Assembly: GCA_963797095.1 (NCBI GenBank) | Contig: CAWCNY010000004.1 | Location: 416,001-480,000, forward strand | From: an uncultured Chloroflexia bacterium | Lineage (GTDB): Bacteria > Chloroflexota > Chloroflexia > QHBQ01 > JADMIH01 | Reading direction: 5' to 3' | Length of the DNA stretch: 64,000 nt | In this document: positions 10,493 to 18,808 of the stretch, in pieces | Position numbering within the stretch: position 1 is the first letter of the stretch | Layout of the letters: the number at the start of each line of letters is the position of its first letter | The notes under the pieces: model-generated | Databases searched by the model: none | What the model saw: the letters and a program-made list of their open reading frames with translations, nothing else | What the model was told of the DNA's origin: nothing | Made by a program: the position numbers and the translations under genes

Positions 10493-13069
10493 ATGGCTAC
10501 CACACATCAGATCCAGGCAAAATGGCAACAACTATTCGATACAGGCATCGACCTGGGAGAAGCGGTCGGTCTTGAGCAGGACGCGGGCTTCGATAGCCGT
10601 TACCAGCAATACGAGGGGGGCCGGATCTACCACCACAACGAGATCGGCACCTTCGCAGTGAGAAGCCCCATTCTTGACAAGTACATCGAGATGGGCGCGT
10701 CACGCGCCGATCCGCAAACGGGAGTGCGTGAGCTAGGTTTTCCAACTTCCGACGAAACCCGCACCGAAGATGGACTTTACCCGGCGCAGTATTTCGAGGG
10801 TGGGGCCATCATCTGGATGAGGGGTGTGGGTGGCATATGCATCTACGGCGATATTTACCAGGAATGGAGGAGGGCCGGCGGCGAGATCGGTGAGTGGGGC
10901 TATCCGGTTTCGGACCCAATCGCGGTCGAGGGCGGGCAGGTGGTGTACTTCGAGCGGGGGTGCATGTGGCAGGAAACGGCCACTCGCGAAATCGTCCATT
11001 GCAGGCTCTATCCGCCTCTGCTCGGCAGACCGCAACTCATCGACCCTGAGGAGGAAGTACACTTCGACAACATACTGATCTGGGAGGTGCCTGGCGACTC
11101 GCTTAGCAGGTTGGAGAGCGAGCACCGCGATTTGTTTGAGCAGGTTTGGACGAACAACCTGTTGCTCAGGCCGGTGGTGGCTACGGGGGATCAGATCGCG
11201 GCGGTGCCCCTCACTCCGCGGAGAAGCGCCAACTCAAGAGAGGGGTTCTTGCACCTCGACCTGGTGGCCGACCCGGATAGCACAAAGGATCGCACACTTT
11301 ACAACATCTCCCTACACCTGCCTCGCCACCAACCTTATGACCTTGCCCCACACTCTGTATATGCCAAAGCTTTGTGGGACAACTTCGGGATCATCCACGC
11401 AACGGACCTCCACCTGAGCCGCCGCGTTGAAGACTTCCGTCGAAAGCTGAGGGAGCTAGGGTTGGAGAATGCCGTCGAGCAGTACAACTGCTTCAACGAC
11501 AACTTCCGCGACATGGTGCATTATGCCAACTACCTGTACGACTCCGGCAAACTTGACCTCATTTTGATCACCGGCGATGTGACCGACTATATCTTCGAGA
11601 AGGACGACAACCAGCAAGGGGGCGGCAACTTCTACTTCTTTGAGCAGTTGGTGCGCGGCTTGTGGGTCTCGCCTACCGACGAGCCTGGCGAGGAATTGCG
11701 GGTGCCTGTGTTCACCATACTCGGCAACCACGACTACAGGCCCAACGGCTATGACCTGCTGTGCGACCTCGACCTGGGCGACGAAGGGCGTTGGGACTGG
11801 TGGCCCGACTGGCTCTACACGCCCGCCAAGAGCAAGAACATCAACGGCTATGCGGCGCACAACCTGACACTTGAAGAGTCCCTGGCATTGCAAGGTGGGC
11901 ACAAAGAGCAACTAGACTCGGAGGCCGCGTATGATATGGTGAGGGTCGATCCTAAGGCTCTCAGGTATTACCACGAGCGCATCAACGACAAGCTCTCATA
12001 TACATTTCAGCTTGGTAGGCATCGCGTGGTCATGATCGACAGCAGGTGGGAGTTAGGGATCGTGGAGGGCACCTTCCGCGACTATTTGAGACTGGCGCTC
12101 AACAGCTTCGATGAAGACGCGCGCAACTGGCTGGCCCAACATCCGAATTGCATGGGCTTCGAAGACAACGAGTTGCAAATGGTAAAGGACACCCTGGAGG
12201 CAATAGACAGGGACGCACTGGTGATAGTGGGCGTGCACGCGCCCCCGATCAACCCAAGCGGCGACGAATGGCCCCACTACTTCCGCGAAACCCTGCACTC
12301 GGCTGCCAACGAATATGAAACGCTCGGATATCTGCTGAGGCGCGACCGCAAGGCGTTCGCCCACAGGCGATGGAGAGGCCCGACTGTCGATCCTTCGCAG
12401 GTGTACCCCGACTGGATCCGCACCGGCACGCCCTACTTCAAGCAGGGCGGTATCGGTGACTTGCTCGATTACGGGATCGCCAGGGGCAGCACAGAGGACT
12501 TTCTGGAGATGTGTGTCGGGCAGGGTGTGCCCAGGAAGGTTGACCTGGTGCTGTGCGGGCATATACATACGAATGTAGAATACAGGCTTGAATGGGACGC
12601 CGAAAAGCGATTCCTCTTCTTCACCGACTTTTATACCGAGAACCCCAATACATACTATCCAACACTGAGCAGTCTCGATCCGATTACGGGCGAATATAGA
12701 TCTGGCGGGATCCCAGCGGCGAAAGTGCAAATCGAGGTGAAAGAAGACGCGCCGCCGGACGCTGCACCTGAGATAATAGGTGAAGGACACGCCAGGCTGG
12801 TGGTGCCTCCGTATGAGGAACCGCTTATCTCGACCGGCAACCCGCGCGGTTGGTGGGACCAGCACCGGCCTTTGATCATACAGACCGCTTCACTTGGGTC
12901 AATGGACCGCGACCAGCGCGAGGAGTTCCCAAGCCCGTCGTTCCAGGGGTTCAGGGTGATATCCGTCGAGAACGACGTTATCACGAATGTTCACTATGTA
13001 ACCCTCACCGCGCTGAGGCGGCGCGACACACCAATACCCACTACGCTGCTGCCCGATCCACCCACATAA
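10493..13069 (+). CDS. LGFP-repeat plus calcineurin-like metallophosphoesterase protein
   Basis: N-terminal LGFPTSDE...QYFEGGAI and WGYPVSD...YFERG repeats; TDLH, TGD, GNHD, H and GHIH metallophosphoesterase motifs. Confidence 0.75.
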   Translation: MATTHQIQAKWQQLFDTGIDLGEAVGLEQDAGFDSRYQQYEGGRIYHHNEIGTFAVRSPILDKYIEMGASRADPQTGVRELGFPTSDETRTEDGLYPAQYFEGGAIIWMRGVGGICIYGDIYQEWRRAGGEIGEWGYPVSDPIAVEGGQVVYFERGCMWQETATREIVHCRLYPPLLGRPQLIDPEEEVHFDNILIWEVPGDSLSRLESEHRDLFEQVWTNNLLLRPVVATGDQIAAVPLTPRRSANSREGFLHLDLVADPDSTKDRTLYNISLHLPRHQPYDLAPHSVYAKALWDNFGIIHATDLHLSRRVEDFRRKLRELGLENAVEQYNCFNDNFRDMVHYANYLYDSGKLDLILITGDVTDYIFEKDDNQQGGGNFYFFEQLVRGLWVSPTDEPGEELRVPVFTILGNHDYRPNGYDLLCDLDLGDEGRWDWWPDWLYTPAKSKNINGYAAHNLTLEESLALQGGHKEQLDSEAAYDMVRVDPKALRYYHERINDKLSYTFQLGRHRVVMIDSRWELGIVEGTFRDYLRLALNSFDEDARNWLAQHPNCMGFEDNELQMVKDTLEAIDRDALVIVGVHAPPINPSGDEWPHYFRETLHSAANEYETLGYLLRRDRKAFAHRRWRGPTVDPSQVYPDWIRTGTPYFKQGGIGDLLDYGIARGSTEDFLEMCVGQGVPRKVDLVLCGHIHTNVEYRLEWDAEKRFLFFTDFYTENPNTYYPTLSSLDPITGEYRSGGIPAAKVQIEVKEDAPPDAAPEIIGEGHARLVVPPYEEPLISTGNPRGWWDQHRPLIIQTASLGSMDRDQREEFPSPSFQGFRVISVENDVITNVHYVTLTALRRRDTPIPTTLLPDPPT

Positions 13070-13078
13070 TAAAGGAAA

Positions 13079-14035
13079 CTAGAGGCCGAGCAGCCGGGTC
13101 AATATGCCGGTTTCATCAACAGGCTCGGCTTTTTCCCCATCTTCCGGAGCAGCCTCGGCAACAGGTTCAACGGCGTTCACACCGTCGTCGGGGGCAGCAT
13201 TGATTCGCTGGTAGTCGAGGGTGAGACGCCCGGCGACGAAATCTGCCACCTCGCGATTATCCCAATAGCCGTCGTGGGCCTTGCGCGGGTTGGCCCCCGT
13301 CTGGACCACGATATCCTCGAGAGTGAACCTGCCCTTGAACAGCACCTGGAGTGGGTAGGCTATGAGGTCTTGCGCGTCGAGGAAATTATACCAGACGCCA
13401 TCATCCGCTACCAGGGGGATGTGAGGGGCTTCAGGATCGGCATCCTTGCGGTGGCCAGTAAGCTGCCGGTCGAGGTCGAGAGTAAAGAGGGCTATGGGCG
13501 AGCCCATTGTGAAGAGGTTGGTAGGCTTGAACCCTGCTTCCTTCCATTTGTCGTTGCGATGGGCGTTTTCGTGAAGGGTGTCGAAGGCCACCACCGAGCC
13601 GAGGCTGTGGGCGATGATCGAGACGGAGTCGCCACTGCTGATATACGGCTCAATTTTGTCTACGACAAGCTTGTGTATCTCGGCGCTCCAATAGGCCGAT
13701 TTGTACACCATCACGTCGCTGACGGAGGTGATGATCTGGCGGCGTATCTTGTCGAGGCCGGCCGCGCGGTTTATGCGGCTTGAGAGGCCGTAGAGCTTTT
13801 CGGACTCTTGCTCGTAGGCGTTGAGCAGGTGGTTTTGGGCATCGTCGCCGATTTTGGAGTAGTTGACACGCTCGTAGGTGATGATCTCGGAGATTTCTTC
13901 GGCGGTCGCTCCTTCGGGTAGCACGTGGTAGTCCACCAGTTTCCTGGTTATGAGGCTGGAGAGCCTTGCGGAGAAGTCCCAGTTGATGACGGTGGGCGCG
14001 ATGCCGTGGATGAATATGACACGGAGCTTGTTCAT
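13079..14035 (-). CDS. Alpha/beta-hydrolase-like (lipase/DDHD-type) hypothetical protein
   Basis: FIHGI, AHSLG, FTMGSP, WYNFLDAQDLIAYPL and C-terminal AHDGYW. Confidence 0.65.
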   Translation of the reverse strand: MNKLRVIFIHGIAPTVINWDFSARLSSLITRKLVDYHVLPEGATAEEISEIITYERVNYSKIGDDAQNHLLNAYEQESEKLYGLSSRINRAAGLDKIRRQIITSVSDVMVYKSAYWSAEIHKLVVDKIEPYISSGDSVSIIAHSLGSVVAFDTLHENAHRNDKWKEAGFKPTNLFTMGSPIALFTLDLDRQLTGHRKDADPEAPHIPLVADDGVWYNFLDAQDLIAYPLQVLFKGRFTLEDIVVQTGANPRKAHDGYWDNREVADFVAGRLTLDYQRINAAPDDGVNAVEPVAEAAPEDGEKAEPVDETGILTRLLGL

Positions 14036-14321
14036 GACGACGCCTCTCTTCGTATGAGGTAGAGGGAATGTCCATTTTGCCGATGTATCAAACTATACAC
14101 TAATGTTGGCCGATTGAAAAGGTGGGGGGCCGTCTCAATGTGAACTCATGCATAAACATCTTGCCATCAACTCCATCGTCCAGCACCCCGATCTCGACCT
14201 TGGGAAAGTCTGGATTAGGGAACTTGATGGTGTATAGTTGATATTGTATGCTGGAATCCACATCAGGACCACTTCCTTCAGAATTGTCGGCATATTACAA
14301 TTCAACGAGAGGTACATATCT

Positions 14322-16249
14322 GTGTCTATCGCCGCCCGCGTATTTGCTTATCTGTTCCTCTTGGCCTTGTCCGCCACCTCTCTCTTTATTTCTCAGACAG
14401 ATCCTGCACCTAAGTCAGACTTGATTTCCTCTACATGTGATTCCGAATGGCAAATGGCCCCAGGACCTACTGGCGTGTCTGGTTGCCACTTTGGGACGTC
14501 GATGGTATATCGAGCAGCAATGTGTGGGCGGTAGGATATCAGTTTGGCGGTGGTGGAAGCAGTCAGCCGATATTCGTACATTGGGATGGCAGCCAATGGA
14601 CCTTGGTACCAGGTGCGGTTGTCAACTGGTACAATCAGCTTCATGGAATATCGGTCATAGCAAGCGATGACGCGTGGGCCATAGGCTACAGCGGTTGTGA
14701 GGAGGGTTGTCAGAGCCACACACTGATAGAGCACTGGAACGGACACCAATGGTATGCTGGTGGTACACCCAACTTCGGCACTGGTTTCGATGCCATAGAG
14801 GGCATAGCAAGCAACGATGTGTGGGCTGTCGGTCCGCAAATAATAAATTGGGATGGGAGTGAGTGGAGTGTCGTACCCGACCCTGGTCTCGGCTCGCCTT
14901 ATCTGACAGCAATAGATGCGGTGTCTGCCAATGATGTATGGGCAGTAGGTTATTACTATGGTGGCCCAAATAGTTATCCTTCGGTAGTTTCACATTGGGA
15001 CGGCACCAGTTGGAGCCTATCGTCAGCGCCCGACGTCGGTAAGCTAGCAGGTGTGAAAGCACTTTCGACCAATGATGTCTGGGCGGTGGGCAGCGGGGAC
15101 TTCCTTCACTGGGATGGCACAGCCTGGACAGAGGTGGATAATCCTACAGGCGGTGGTTTCGAAGCTGTAGATGGCATTTCGACGGATGATGTCTGGGCTG
15201 TGGGTTATTCCTTAGTAGCTCATTGGGATGGGAGTAGGTGGAGTGAAGTACCAGGACCGGATGGTAATCATAAGACCTTGCTCGGCGTGTACGCAGCTTA
15301 GGCTGACGATGCCTGGGCAGTAGGTTGGAGCAACGATGGCGCATGGGGTTTGGAACATTATTATCCTGCGCCCTGCCCACCACCTTGTCCCTCTGAGCGA
15401 TTCACCGATGTTTGCCCAACCGACTACTTCTACCAGCACGTGCTGGACCTGAATGACCTCGGCGTGCTAGCGGGCTACAACTCCGCACCTCCTTGCGATG
15501 AGCCTGCTCACATCCCATGCTTCAAACCATACAACTTGACCACCAGAGGCCAGGTGTCGAAGATAATCGCTTTGGCCGCGGGCTTCAATGAGCCTGTTAG
15601 CGGCCAGGAGTTCGAAGATGTGCTACCCGATCATACCTTCTACCAATATGTCGAACGGATGGCATCGAGGGGCATCATCGTCGGCTATCCATGCGGTGGA
15701 CCGGGTGAGGCATGCGGCCCTGATAACTTACCCTACTTCCGTGTTGGTGCAACGGTCAATCGAGCGCAGTTAGCCAAGATGACCGCCCTCTCCTTTGGCT
15801 TCCAGGACCCTGTAAGCGGCCAAACATTCGAAGATGTGGTGCCTGTCAATCACTTCTACCCCTTCATCGAGAATCTTGCCCGCCGAGGCATTATCAATGG
15901 TTATGCGTGTGGAGGACCAGGTGAGCCGTGCATACCTCCTGGGAATAGGCCCCTCTACCGGTACGGCGATCCAATAACCCGAGGCCAGGTAGCCAAGATT
16001 CTTAATCTCGCCAGAGTGCTGTCGATACCCACTCCCACTCCCACTCCCACTGTCCCAACTGCCACGCCAACGGCTGTGGTAACGCTGACCAATACGCCTA
16101 CACCTCTGCCACCTAGCCCTACATCCCAAATCGCGACACCGACATCTGGCACACCAATTACCAATCCCACCTCAACCCCTATCACTACCACTGAACCCAA
16201 GTCGCAAACACTCGCAGTCACACCTGGAGTTGGAAGACGAGGGGCATAG
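14322..16249 (+). pseudogene. Secreted beta-propeller-like (VWAVG/HWDG repeat) protein with C-terminal SLH domains; frameshift at ~14480 and in-frame TAG at 15299-15301
   Basis: Signal-peptide-like VSIAARVFAYLFLLAL after GAGAGG; repeated NDVWAVG...HWDG units; ADDAWAVG continues in frame after the TAG; SLH repeats FxDV...TRGQ; Thr/Pro-rich tail. Confidence 0.75.
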
Positions 16250-16275
16250 TGGGATTTGCATCTCAAAATCCATGC

Positions 16276-17265
16276 TCAATCGGTGAACTCCTGCACGAAC
16301 ATCTTCCCGTAAACCCCACCATCGAGCACCCCGATCCCGATCTTGCGGAAGCCGGGGTTCAGGATATTCGCCCTGTGGCCGGGCGAGTTCATCAGGCCGT
16401 CGTGCGCAATCTCCAGTGTGGGGGCCAGCGCCAGGTTCTCCCCGGCCAGCCTGTAGGTGATCCCCGCAGCGTCCATCCGCTGGAAGGGGTCCACCCCCTC
16501 AGGCGTCTCATGCGCGAAATACCCTCTCTGGAACATATCACGCCCGTGGTAGCGCGCCAACTCCTGCAACTGGTCGTCCATCGTCAGCGCCACAAGGCCC
16601 CTGCTCGTGCGCTCCTGGTTCACCAGGTCGAGCATCCCCTGCTCATCGTTGGGCGATACCTCCGGGTTAGCTACCGTGAACTGTAGCTGGACGCTCTCCT
16701 CACTCCCCGCGTTCTCGCCTTCCTGGGTGGGCGGCTTTATCGTGAGGAAGCCGAGCGCCTCCTGAGCCGCAGGCCCGAACACCCCCTCAAACGGCCTCTC
16801 CAGTGCCAGCGTAGCCGACACCAACCGCCCGCCTATAGGCGACTTGAGCACGTCGGTGCGAACGTTGCTCTGCGTGGGCAGCAAAGCCAGTAGCGTCAGC
16901 AGCACAGCCGCCGAGATAGCCCCCTGCAACGCCCCAGGCAGAATTGCCAGCGCCCGGTTGCTCGCGCTTTGTTGCAGCCGCCACCCGAACCCCTTTAATA
17001 TGCTGTGCTCGATAAGGGTGAACACCCCCTCCGCCACCAGCCACAACCCGACAAAGGCTATGGGCTTGCTCCACACAAGCGACCAGTCGAACTGCGTAGC
17101 CAACCATTCTGATACAGGTGGGAAGAAGGCGAATCCGATAATGAGCGACAGCGCGAATCCAAGCAACGACATCAACACGGCCACGAACCCGCGCCTCATC
17201 GCCCCATAGGCCGTGAGCCCGATTATTACCAGCGCCACCAGGTCGGGCCAGGAAAAATCAGTCAC
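16276..17265 (-). CDS. CvpA-family membrane domain fused to a CAP (SCP) domain
   Basis: N-terminal DL...GAMRRGF TM helices; LVNQER, YFAH, AGENLA, LMNSPGHRANIL CAP motifs. Confidence 0.85.
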   Translation of the reverse strand: MTDFSWPDLVALVIIGLTAYGAMRRGFVAVLMSLLGFALSLIIGFAFFPPVSEWLATQFDWSLVWSKPIAFVGLWLVAEGVFTLIEHSILKGFGWRLQQSASNRALAILPGALQGAISAAVLLTLLALLPTQSNVRTDVLKSPIGGRLVSATLALERPFEGVFGPAAQEALGFLTIKPPTQEGENAGSEESVQLQFTVANPEVSPNDEQGMLDLVNQERTSRGLVALTMDDQLQELARYHGRDMFQRGYFAHETPEGVDPFQRMDAAGITYRLAGENLALAPTLEIAHDGLMNSPGHRANILNPGFRKIGIGVLDGGVYGKMFVQEFTD

Positions 17266-17557
17266 TCTGTACCTCGAAGTCGGTCACAACCTGCACCGCG
17301 CATGCCTCGCGGAATGGCCCAGCGAACGCCACATGCGCGGGGTGTTCCGCATACTCGTTCACCCCGTCGATGTTGTCAAAATACATCACGAAACAGTGCG
17401 AAAAACTCTGGTTGCGCCCTCCGACCACCGGGCCGTACACCACCCTCGAAAGCGAGGGCACTCGTCCCGGCAAGCCTACAAGTTCGGCCTCGATACGCGC
17501 GCGCTCCTCAGGCGGCGCGTCTTCTCGGTATGTCCACAGCATAATGTGCTGAATCAT
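17258..17557 (-). CDS. Dabb (stress-responsive A/B barrel) protein
   Basis: MIQHIMLW...YAEHPAH...DFE pattern; GGAGG RBS. Confidence 0.8.
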   Translation of the reverse strand: MIQHIMLWTYREDAPPEERARIEAELVGLPGRVPSLSRVVYGPVVGGRNQSFSHCFVMYFDNIDGVNEYAEHPAHVAFAGPFREACAVQVVTDFEVQSD

Positions 17558-17868
17558 TTCCCCTCCACCGGCGCACTTCTCACCACGATCGACCTCATTA
17601 TATGGTCTGCCCGGCACGCGCACAATGTCCCAACCTCCTGATTGCGTATCGTGATGCGTGCCCCCACAACATCGTGCCGTAACCCTGTTCGTACACTATG
17701 CAGGAAGTAAAACAGCCTGCCAAGAAGATACGCAAATGATGCCGAAAGTGTAACAGTAATCCGTATTGGCCAGTAGGGCGCCCCTGAGGCTCGCATCGGC
17801 CTGCATTATGGCAAGAGCGATAAGGCGCACGAAGTAAACGACAAGGCCTCCCAGTAAGAGGGTAGGAG

Positions 17869-18099
17869 ATGGTTGCAAGATTAGACTGGCTGAACAATGG
17901 GATAGACCGTATGCTGGCCGGAAAGAGACCCCAAACACCGGCAGAGTGGGGAGCGCCTGGTAGTATTCCCCGTAAAGATATCGAAATGCTCAGGTGGGCC
18001 GCCGAGTTCAACAGCCTCAGGCAGAACGCCGCGCGCCCGAACCCGGCTTTCATTGCCGCATTAAAGGCACAGGTGCTTGCCATGGTAGAAGAGGCGTAA
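17869..18099 (+). CDS. Small hypothetical protein
   Basis: Purine-rich RBS GAGGGTAGGAG; RPNPAFIAALKAQV resembles N-terminal helices of anti-sigma-like proteins. Confidence 0.5.
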   Translation: MVARLDWLNNGIDRMLAGKRPQTPAEWGAPGSIPRKDIEMLRWAAEFNSLRQNAARPNPAFIAALKAQVLAMVEEA

Positions 18100-18135
18100 T
18101 AGATCGCAAGTCATTTGAGGAGGATAATAGGAGAG

Positions 18136-18714
18136 GTGCACAACTTTAACAGGATCATCCGGCAAATTGGCCTGCCCGCTATGCTGGTCGGGCTGCTTGG
18201 CGTGGGACTGGCGGCCTGTGGCGCCGCGCCCACCGCTACACCTGCCCCACAACCGACCGGCACAGCTGGCCCAGCAATCAGCGATCCTACCGCCACGCCG
18301 GTACATTCCCCAACCACGGCACTACAGCCCACACCTACCAACACGACCACAATGGCAGCTGATCCCGCCGCCACCACTGTTGCCATGACCGAGGACCCCG
18401 CCCCTACCGAGGCAGGCATGGAAGGCGAGGTGCAGGAAGTTCAGCTCACGATCCAGGAGTGGAAGATCACCCCTGCCACGGTCGAGATCAAGCCGGGTCC
18501 TGTCAAGTTCATCGTCACCAACATTGGCGAGTTCTCGCACAACATCACGATTGTGGGCGGCTCTGGCGTGGTCGGAGCGACACCCACCTTCGCGGCCAAC
18601 GAAAGCCCGCAAGAAATATACATAGAAGAGATGCAAGCAGGTAACTACGATATGATGTGCAGCCTCCCAGGCCACGCCTCTCTGGGGCAAAGAGGCACCA
18701 TCATCGTCAAGTAG
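18136..18714 (+). CDS. Cupredoxin-domain lipoprotein (auracyanin/sulfocyanin-like)
   Basis: Lipobox LAAC, Thr/Pro linker, N-x-G-x-x-x-H-N and C-x-x-PGH-x-x-x-G-Q copper-site motifs. Confidence 0.8.
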   Translation: MHNFNRIIRQIGLPAMLVGLLGVGLAACGAAPTATPAPQPTGTAGPAISDPTATPVHSPTTALQPTPTNTTTMAADPAATTVAMTEDPAPTEAGMEGEVQEVQLTIQEWKITPATVEIKPGPVKFIVTNIGEFSHNITIVGGSGVVGATPTFAANESPQEIYIEEMQAGNYDMMCSLPGHASLGQRGTIIVK

Positions 18715-18808
18715 AGCCTACGCCTTTCACGCGCAAGGACATACCTCCCATTAGCGATTGACATAACCCACCTGTTGCGGTAAGATTGCTGAAATCCCTG
18801 AACGGCAG

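Noticed and set aside
15299-15301. Pyrrolysine or recoded amber codon
   Set aside because: Many genes in the window use TAG as a genuine stop, no pyl genes are visible, and the same gene also has a frameshift.
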